Positions 27,513-36,858 of a DNA stretch of 36,858 bases are shown piece after piece. Source of the stretch: Catajapyx aquilonaris. Taxonomy: Eukaryota. Location of the stretch: the NCBI GenBank assembly GCA_000934665.2, contig JYFJ02003887.1:1-36858 (forward strand). Direction: 5' to 3'. Every line of letters starts with the position of its first letter. Position 1 is the stretch's first letter. The position numbers and the translations under genes were made by a program. Under the pieces are notes generated by a model. That model was not told the origin of the DNA. It saw only the letters and a list, made by a program, of their open reading frames with translations, and did no database searches.

Positions 27513-30500
27513 TAGGACCACGCCACCGTGGGAATGAACCCCTTTTGGGCCCCATGTGGGACGGACGTATACGCGGCGGAGAAGTCCATCCATCCGACAC
27601 GCAAGTCTGCCTTCTCCAACCGCTCCTCGTCCATCCTCTGTTGAAGGGTGAAGTTGTGTTCAGCCACCCCATCGAATGGCATAAAGCCCTTTTGGGCAGG
27701 GAGGAGAACCCCCAGTTTCTCGCACCAGCCAGACATCCTGGCCGCCAGGCAACCGGAGTACAATTTGTTGATGGTGCGGCAGATAGCAATAGGTCTCCAG
27801 TTGCCCGGATCAGTCAGGTCACCCTTCTTAGGGATGAGGACAGTCATAGAATGTCGCCACGCGTCTGGTATTCGACGATGGCAAAGACACAGGTTAAATA
27901 TGGCCGCCAACGCCACCCCATCGGGATCTAGCTTCAACCAATGCTGGTATGTCAGCTGGTCATCACCAGGGGCTGTGTTCTCCTCCTTCTTCAGTCGCCG
28001 CAATATCTCGTCTGGGGTGAACTCATTCATCTCCAGGGGGGGGTGCATTTGGGTCGAGTCATAGAACGTTTTATCCCAAGGGCGGGCAGCATAGGCTTCA
28101 ACAAAAAATTCCTCAAGCTGCTGGGCAGGGATCTGGCACCTCTCCCCCTCCCCTTCAACTATTAGTCTAACCGCCCTCCTGCGGTTCCGCCGGTAGAGGC
28201 CTTGGATGGCTTTGTGGTCCTCGACGTCGATCTGCTTCCTGGTTGGGGCGCCCTCACCAGACCGGGAAGGGATCCGGGCAGTTTCTCTGGCCGTAGACGT
28301 GAGTGCTTCCAGCTCTTTCTCAAATTGCATCCACGCCATCTCTGTCTGATCCAAATTATAGATGCGTTTTAAAGCTGGAAGGTGGTCGTGGATGGGCGTC
28401 CTTCCATCCGGGGACAGCCACTCCTCCCAAGGTGCGGATTGGGTAGCGGCCTCTCCGTGACCATCATCGTGACTGACATGGGGGTTGTCAACCCGTAGGG
28501 CGTCGTCGTTGCTTTGTCCAGAATCTGACTGACTGGCAGCTTCTGGCTCTTCCTCGGGTTGAGTATCCAAAAGAGCAAACCCCCTTATGTTCAATTACTC
28601 CGTCATGAGGGAGGAATCCCTTCTGGGCAAGGTGCAATACTTGGTACTTTTCCAGCCATCCCGCCAGACGAACCGCCAGACATCCGGAGAAAAGCTTGTT
28701 GATGGTCCTGCTAATGGCAATTGGCCACCAATTAGCAGGGTCACCGAGGTCGTCCTTTTTAGGAATAAGGACCGTGGTTGACCTCCTCCAACTGTCTGGA
28801 ATACGACGGTGCCTCAGGCATATATTGAAAATCGCCGTCAGCAAAACTCCCTCCGGATCCAGCTGCCTCCAGTGTTGGTATGCCAGCATATCTTCACCTG
28901 GGGCCGTACTCTCGGCTCCCCCCAGCTTTCCAACCACTTCCCCAGGGTTGAAATCTCTCATCTCGAGTGGGGGTCGAGTACTTCTTTGGGAATAAAAGTC
29001 AGGGTCCCAGGTTCGGGCTTCATATGCTGCTTCAAAAAAGGCTTCCAGTTGTGCCATCGGTATTTGGCACTTCTGCCCCTCGCCCTCCAGAATGAGCCGC
29101 ACCGCCCTCCGCCGGTTCCGTCTATAGAGGCTCTGGATGGCCCTGCAGTCTTCCACATCCATTGGCTTCTTCGTTCGTCCGGAGTTCCTGGTGGGTTCAG
29201 GAATATGGGCGGTCTCCCTGGCCGTGCCAGTCACTCTCTCCAGGAGCTCCTCAAATTTGGCCCACGCCTGCTCCGACTTCTCCATGTTATAAATTCTGGC
29301 CAGGGCGGGGAGATGTATATGGATAGGAGTGCGTCCATCAGGAGACAACCACTCCTCCCATGGTGGTGGCTCTCTCCCCTCGTCCGGCGCAGGGTCACCC
29401 TCTGATGGTGGACCATCTGGGACTTCATCCTGACTGGGAACACCCAGCTCGTCCCCTTCGTCATCCGGTCCGATGTGGTCATTCTCCTGGCCACCCATCT
29501 CTGCATCTGCATCGTCCTGCTGGTCATCGTTGATGATGTGGCCAGTAGCAGGCTCGTCATTGGTCTGGGTATTAAACAAGGCGAAGCCAGCCGGTGAAGG
29601 GGCATCGTATTTCACCGGACTGGCCATGACGTCGGCCGGCGGGATAGGAGGGAGCGGATAATCAGCTAAAATCGGAACAAGTGATGGATGTAAAAAGGAA
29701 GGAACCAGCACCGACCCTGCCCTGGCAAAACCGGGACTTACCAGGTCGACTGCTGGGGGGAGGAAAGGGGAGGGGGCAATAAAAGCAGGACCAGCCTGTG
29801 GGAATTGGGGTAACGGACCACATAGGTTAAAATGAGGACCAGCCTCATGGAGGGGGGGTGTGAGGTGGGGGACAGGACTAAAATCGGTTAAAAGCTCGCC
29901 TTCTTCTCCCACCAGGTCCGGCGTCGCCTGCTGGCCAATGGCCATGCCTAGTCATTTATGCTTCTTTCGCTTGGATGGGGGGCTAATAACTCCCACCTCA
30001 CCCTCCACTTCGCCCCCAGACTGCGGGGGTGGGGAACGCCTTCTCACGTCTGGCTTCCGGCGGGCGCATCTTCTCTCAGGAGCTCCGTTCTTTTCACGCA
30101 GCTGCTCCTCCACATGCCACCGAAGATGGTTCCGGATGCGTATCTTAGTGTGATGCATTTCTCCACATTCTGCGCAAGTGAATTTCCCCAAGGTAACATC
30201 CCCGGGTGCTATCTGTTCAGGCTTCTCAGGACATTGCTCGATGTGGTAGGATGGCCGCAGTCTCAATACCATCCCACACTACCTGCACAGTACCTCCTCG
30301 ATGGGATCCAGTTCATGACCCCTCCGCAGGTGTCGGGTTAGGGACTGCTTCACATACGTCCACACGTTTCCTTTGTAGACATGATTACATCCCTCAACGA
30401 TACACCGAACCTCCAGGGGCATGGGGAACCAGATGGTCAGCTTACCCTCCCGGAGCTCAGGTGGCCGCAGGGCAGTATTCACCTCAGCCTCTCCTGTCAG

Positions 30501-30779
30501 TGGGGTAGGCATCCCAGCACCACTTGGCTCAGCTGGTCCCTTTGGGGAGCACGCCAGCATGACCCCCCGCAGGTTCTCCAGAGACTCCCTTCGTGCCTGC
30601 TAGGCTGCCTCCGCCGCCCCCCTAGCTGCCTCTTAGCCGGGGCTTGCAGCCGTATGATCAGTCTCTGTAGGAGTGCTCGTAATCGTAGGTCCGGTACTCG
30701 TCATAGGGTTGCTCGTAGCCGTAAGGTCTGTCCCCATAGGACTGATCATAAGTCTGGCACTCGTCATAGGGCCTCCTGA
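27513..30779 (-). mobile_element. Two head-to-tail Utopia-like 5'-half fragments from different subfamilies (zinc fingers to RT domains 1-3)
   Basis: ORFs 28488-29945 and 27512-28594 each contain WLSPDGRTPIH, LYRRNRRRAVRL, TAPG.D, VLIPKK.D..DP.NW.PIAI, QKGF.P.DGV.EH. Confidence 0.9.
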
Positions 30780-32182
30780 GCCCTCCTCAATTGCTCCTAC
30801 AGGTTGTGTAAAAATGTATTATTGTTGTCTTACTGATGAGCATACTCGCACTGATCTTGCCATAATATTTGCAATTATCAATATGAATTCATCGTAACAT
30901 GAAATATTTTATGTGAATGGCAACCTGCCATACAATGCTTCTGGCGAATTAATGTCCAAATACCATCATGTCGCCATACCGATCCGTTGAAGTGCGTACC
31001 TGCACATATTTGGTGGAGACTGGCATATCATAGTATTCTGTACTCATACATGCATGCAATCACTGTGTGCGTGTCCAGTCAAATTGGGGTGGCAGCTTAA
31101 TTTAATATTGCAATGCCCCTAATCGCGCACATTTTAACGCAGGTTATCCTGTGAGACCAAAGCATCTTCTCCATGGACCAGAGGCAACTACTGTATGGCC
31201 AGCAACAGCAGCGAATGCAATCGAACTGGACCAAAATGCTGTTGCATTATGTGGGACTGCGTGGAAGCCGTCCTGCTGTCGTGACTTTGGTATCGTGAGT
31301 CAAATATGACACCCTCTCTTATTAACCCATTTCCCCCCCGGTGGCATCTCAACCTTGGCGTGGTGGGGGGGGCTTGCGTTCTCCGGTGACCCCGAAGAGC
31401 TATGCCGGCGGTAGCTTAGTCTACTGGCAGGGTCACCCTAGCCGGACAGGTCTTTGGGGTAGGAGACAGACGAAGAGAGATGCCACCCTCATTTCCCACG
31501 TATTCCTTCCTACCTGCCTTCATGTCCCACCTTTTCTATTTCCTATATAACGGCCAGTTGTGGCTCTATTATACTAAACCCTATTCGCCTTGAAGGGAGG
31601 TAGGCCAGTGAAGGCCACCCACCAAGTCTGCTCTGACGTGGTTGCATTCCCTGTAGAGGTGGAAATTAGAATGTGGTTTACCAAGTATCATTGCTTTATT
31701 ATATAATCATTATAGGCCTACATTACGTATAATTACGACCTGAAAAATGTATATGGCTCTTACATCAGGAAAATGGGACCGATTAATTTTCCACGTAACT
31801 TGGGCCCCCATCTAATTCTTTCATAACTGCATTTAATCTCGCAGTACTCTTGTGCATTATTGCATGTTTTTGACCAGAAAGTAATTTTGGCCAAATAAAT
31901 ACCTGTACTGGTCTTAACAGCAAATGGCTCAGTTGCCCCGTTTTAGTAGACCATGAGTATGGATAATTAATTATTATATTATGATCTTAGGAGAAAAGGT
32001 GTTGGACGCAGAGTAAATTCCGATGAAAAGTTATATTGCAGGAGCAGACCATTGGACTTTGATCTGTTGATATGAAATGCTTAGCCCTAGACAAATGTCA
32101 ATCCAGTGGTTATACTTGTCTGTTAAATACGATTTTTTTTTTAGTGTGTGTGTGGGGGGGAGGGGGGGGATATGTGGCGAGT
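30780..32182 (+). repeat. Non-coding spacer unit, copy 4
   Basis: Longest copy; same start as copies 2 and 3 and same end (gatatgtggcgag) as copy 3. Confidence 0.95.
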
Positions 32183-34325
32183 CAGGACCACGCCATCCGT
32201 GGGCATGAACCCCTTTTGGGCCGGATGTAGCACGGAGTAGGTCTCAATCCACTGTGCCAAGCGCGCCGCCCAGCACCTATAGAGTACAGCTTGTTTATTG
32301 TCCACCACATCCTCTCCATGGCCTCCCGACTCAGCCTCTCTCCCACCATTGTATGCAGGTCCTCCTCCGCCAGTTCAGCCACACCCTGGTCAGGGGAGGT
32401 CAGAAGTTTGAATGCTGTATCTACCATGAGGGCGTCGCAGCTGTTGGCGACTCTGGGCAGGCCACATCCTCCAGCCCCCAAATTATAGATGCGTTTTAAA
32501 GCTGGAAGGTGGTCGTGGATGGGCGTCCTTCCACTCCAACTGGAGACGGGTGGAGGCAGATCTGGCCACGGTCCAGATGTTCCGAAGTCTATTGCTTCGC
32601 CTTCGATACTCCCCCTCATTGTAACCGGACATGAACTGGGCCAAGTCCCCGTCCGATACGTCTCGGCCGAGGCGTCCCTGCACCGTCCGGGTCAAGTCCT
32701 CCATGGCCAGTTTCTGTACGTTGGGGTCAGGACAGGTGAGGAGTTTATAGGCGGAATCAACAACCATGACATCGCTGTCTTCGGCCGCTTCCCGCAGTCC
32801 AACACCACCATCTCCCCTGCCTCCATAGATGTACTCACAAGCAGCGCGCACCGGTAGGTTAAGAGTTCGCTTAATTAGCTGGCGGACCTGGGTGTCGGAA
32901 CTTTTTCCACTCTGATTTTTGGAGTTGGCCCATTCGCATTGGGAATGTCATTGCTGAATAGACGAAAGTTTTCACTGCGTCTATCCGTTGCCACGGGGCC
33001 AGGTTTGATCTCAGGATTTTCTCAGCCACTTTGATGAATTTGTCAGCAGTGGTGAAATCCGGTAATATGTTGAAGCCCACCGGTCTGCCCAGGAACTTTA
33101 TGACCTCGCCCCCTAGGCGAAACACGGTGGGCCTCACTCCCACAGGCGTCTTACCGGATAAGTGGATAGTAGCAGTTTTGTTGACATTGACCTGTATAGA
33201 GATACGCCTCGCCTCCTCCTCAACCAGCTCCAGGTTCTTCTGAAGCTCGTGGGGGCTGCTAGCCAGTAATGTAAAGTCGTCCGCGTAGGCCAGTACACTA
33301 TGACTTGGGGACCCACTTGGTTGGACCCTCCACAGTATCTGGTCCACCGCCAGGTTAAAAAGCAGACAGGAAAGGGGATCCCCCTGGCGGATACCATTCC
33401 GAATAGGCACAGGTGACGTGAATCCACTACTAGTGAGTATCCGGGTGGTTCCTCCCTCACACAGGTCTCCCACTATGTCCCGGTACACTGTCCCAACCCC
33501 CGCGGTTTCCAATGCGGCAGTGATCGCCCCATGTGGGACAGAGGTATACGCGGCGGAAAAATCCATCCACCCTATGCATATATCCTGTTAGTTCATCCGT
33601 GCCTCGTCCATTCTCTGCTGGAGAACAAAATTATGTCAGCCACGCCATCAAAGGGTAAAAACCCCTTTTGGGCTGGGTGTAGTACCTCCAGCTTCTCCAA
33701 CCAACTGGACAGCCTCCCAGCCAGGCAGCCAGAGTAGAGTTTGTTTATGATGCGGCATATAGCAATGGGTCTCCAGTTATCAGGATCCGCCCGGTCCCCC
33801 TTCTTGGGGATGAGGACCGTTATGGAGTGCCTACACGCATCAGGGATGCGACGGTGAGTCAGACACATTGAATATGGCCGCCAACGCCACTCTGTCTGGG
33901 TCCAATCTCAACCAATGATGGTACGTGAGCTGGTCATCTCCAGGCGCCGTGTTTTCCGCCTTCAGTCTTCTCAGGACCTCATCTGGGGTAAACTCGCCCA
34001 TCTCCAGAGGAGGCCGCGCTCGATTCGCAGTGTAGAAGAGGGGGTCCCAGGGGCGAGCAGCATAGGCATCCACAAAGAAGGCCTCCAGTTGCTGGGCAGG
34101 GATCTGACACCTCTCCCCCTCCCCTTCTGTTATCAGCCTAATCGCCCTCCTACGATTCCGCCGGTACAGGCCCTGGATGGCCTTGTGGTCCTCAATGTCA
34201 ATAGGCTTTTTCAATGAGGCGCCACTGCCATCAGGGTAAGAGGGAATCCGGGCAGTCTCCCGGGCGGAAGTTGTGAGCGCCTCCAACTCCGCCTCGAATT
34301 GCGTCCACGCCACCTCCGTCTGGCC
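32183..34325 (-). mobile_element. Utopia-like RT fragment (32534-34325, frameshifted) followed on the minus strand by three micro-fragments (32183-32533)
   Basis: WMDFSAAYTSVPH, NGIRQGDPLSCLLFNL, LAYADDFTLLA, KFLG, LAPWQRIDAVKTF, GGVGL. Confidence 0.92.
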
Positions 34326-36858
34326 CAAGTTATTCATCATCTCCTGTTGCCGATGATGGTCCTGCGACGGGTGGGCCGACCGGGGATCCAGGGGAACAAG
34401 TCAACAAAATCTCCCGGAAGTGCTCAAGAGATTCCCGCCTGGCCTGCTGGGCTGCCTCTGCTGCACCCCAAGCTGCTTCCGCTGCGTACTGCGCTGCCTC
34501 CTCAGTTTCTTTCGCCAGCTGCTGTGCCCTCAGTAGCTGCTCTTCCATTGTTGTTTGAGGTGAGGAGGAGGATGGTGATGGTGACGTCATGGAGACATTG
34601 TTTGAGGGGGAAGGAGTAGGTGGGGCACTAGACGCCTGCATCCTTCTCACATCCATATGGCTGCGGCTCGTATCCATATGGCTGCTGCTGTACCCATAGG
34701 ACTGCTGCTCGCATCCTTAGAACCACTGCTCGTATTCATATGACTGCTGTCCGTAACTGTGTCTCTCGTAGCCGTAGAGCCACTGCTCGTAGCCGTAGTT
34801 TCAATGCTCTTAGCCATACTTTTCTCGCTCGCAGCCATAGAGATGCTGCTCTTAGCCGTAGTCTCCACACTGCTGCTCGCATCCATATGGCTGATGCTCG
34901 TACCCACAGGACTGGCCGCAGTGTCACTCGCATCAGTATTCGTATTCGCAGGATTGCTCGTATCCCCAGTGCTGCCTGTAGCAATAGTGGCGGAACTCAT
35001 GTTCGTAGCCTTGCTGGTCGTAACCATCGTGGCCGTAGGCTTAGTCACCATACGACCTGTCGCAACCCTACCGACCTTCCTTAATCCGAATTTTAAAGGT
35101 CCCCCAGGCCACCCTCTGGTTGTATCTTCCACAGCACCTGGTCAATGGCCAGGTTGAAGAGCAGGCAGCTGAGGTGGTCTCCCTGCCTGATCCCATTGCT
35201 GACCGGTACAGGGGCTGTCGGTCCTTCCTCCGTCATGATCTTGGTGGTGCCCCCCCTACACAGGTCAGCCACCACCTCCACAAAAACTGCTCCGGTCCCG
35301 GCCGCCTCGACGGCCATCTTCAGTGCGCCATGCGGAACCGACGTATAGGCTGCGGTGAAATCCAACCATCCTATACACACCTCCGTCTTCTCCCTCTTCG
35401 TTCGTTCCATACAAGCCTGGAGGACGTGGTTGTGCTCGACCACTCCATCGTGCGGCATAAATCCCTTCTGTGATGGGTGGAGTACCTGGTAGGCCTCCAA
35501 CCACTTCGCTAGCCGGCCCGCCAGACAACCAGTGTACAGCTTCGTGATGGTCCTAGAGATTGCTATGGGCCTCCAGTTACCTGGGTCCTCCAGCTCTCCC
35601 TTCTTTGGAATGAGGATGGTCACGGAGTGGCGCCAGGGGACAGGGACCCTGCGATGAGTGAGGCAGACGTTGAACACAGCCGCAAGCAGCACTCCCTCCG
35701 GGTCCAACGTCCGCCAGTGCTGGTAGGTGATACAGTCGTCCCCTGGCGCCGTGTTCTCCGCCCCCCTCAGTCTGGCCCATACCTCCCCAGGCGAGAACTC
35801 CCCCATTGGAATCTCCGGCCTGGCCCTGGCTGTCTCTTCGAAGGTATGGTCCCACGGCTTGGCTGCGTATGCCTCCGTGAAGAACTCTTCCAGCTGACCG
35901 GCCGGAAGGGCGCATTTCCGGCCCTCCCCCTCCAGCAGGAGGCGAATGGCCCTCCTCCTGTTTCTTTTGTACAACCGCTGGATTGTCGTCGCGTCCTCCA
36001 CATCTACCGGCTTCCTTGTTGTCTTCCTCTCTCCGGATGGCTGAGGAATCCGGGCAGCCTCCCTAGCCGTTTCTGTAATTCTCTCCAGGAGGTGCTCGAA
36101 CTTCTGCCAAGCCTCCTCGGTCCTGCCCAGGCTAGCCACCCTGGCCAGTTCTGGGAGGTGGTCGTGGACTGGTGTGCGCCCCTCCACGGTGAGGAAGTCA
36201 TCGATATGGGAAGGAGGTACCTGTCCCGTGGCTGACAGGTTCGCCCCCCCACTATCATCCAAGATCAGCGGGTTCATCGCACATGTCCCAGCGTCGTCCT
36301 CTTCCTCCTCCTGACCAACGGCCATCTGTTCGCCCCCCGCGACCTGGTCGCTCTGTCGGCAGGAGTGGTCAAAATGGATGGCCCTCTCCACACCCACAAC
36401 ATGTCTCACATGCCTCACATGCAGTGGTTCAGCACATGAGGGAGGGTTTCCACTGGTTCTGGGCATCTCCGGCACTTCTGGCATTGGTCTCTCTCCCAGG
36501 GTCTAGCACCACCCAACAGGACCATATTCAGACGGGCCCGATGTACAAAGCGCCAGTTTGCAAAAGTTGTGTATTGCCCATCTGACATAAGTGGCTCCAG
36601 GCTGCTGCTTTCCCCACACACTCCATGACCTTCCCCTGGTTCGGCTTGTCCAGCAGTTGTTGATCGAGCTGCTTCTGGGTGGCTGCCACTGGACGCCCGC
36701 TTCCCTCTTAGCCGGGGGTTGCTCGCAGCCTTATGATCAGTCTCCGTAGGACTGCTCGTAGTCGTAGGTCCGGTACTCGTCATAGGGTTGCTCGTAGCCG
36801 TAAGGTCTGTCCCCATAGGACTGATCATAAGTCTGGCACTCGTCATAGGGCCTCCTGA
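34326..36858 (-). mobile_element. Utopia-like N-terminal low-complexity piece (34326-35100), another subfamily's pre-RT/RT piece (35100-36400), and a duplicate of 19880-20329 (36412-36858)
   Basis: ORF 35093-36484: EGRTPVHDHLP, LYKRNRRRAIRL, NGIRQGDHLSCLLFNL. The window ends at gggcctcctga, exactly where spacer copies 2-4 begin. Confidence 0.88.

Noticed and set aside
30833..30905. Hammerhead core (CTGATGAG)
   Set aside because: No stem II followed by GAAA, and the other copies read CTAATGAG.
16931..32182. CRISPR array or diversity-generating retroelement
   Set aside because: Eukaryotic context, repeats over 1 kb, no cas genes, no TR/VR pair with adenine-specific differences, and the RT is non-LTR type. 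The likeness is architectural only.
18179..36484. An intact, active retrotransposon
   Set aside because: No continuous zinc finger-RT-RLE ORF. The only YADD-containing piece (32871-33566) is frameshifted on both sides and lacks an endonuclease.

Overview
Eukaryotic genomic DNA, most likely arthropod, in two very different halves. Bases 1-13.1 kb form a compact block of intron-containing housekeeping genes: the 5' part of a senju/SLC35A nucleotide-sugar transporter (-), TBC1D23 (-), head-to-head Tom70 (+) and ATP synthase subunit g (-). Small DNA-transposon relics sit between and within them. From 13.3 kb to the window end there are no host genes. After a decayed P-element transposase piece, about 22 kb is a patchwork of fragments from several distinct subfamilies of one retrotransposon group: RLE-type non-LTR elements, called Utopia-like from two 3' ends joined to the U2 snRNA target sequence TCTGTTCTTATCAGCTTAAT. 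Every fragment I could orient lies on the minus strand. The fragments are out of domain order, are often joined at short microhomologies, and are spaced by a recurring 1.1-1.4 kb non-coding unit. That unit carries plus-strand splice signals and an RTE-type 5' structured RNA, and lies downstream of a diverged copy of the ATP5MG promoter. My best interpretation, which is inference, is a uni-strand antisense (piRNA-cluster-like) archive dedicated to a site-specific retrotransposon that should not be able to insert here. Family calls come from recalled motifs, not database searches. Block boundaries in the array are approximate.
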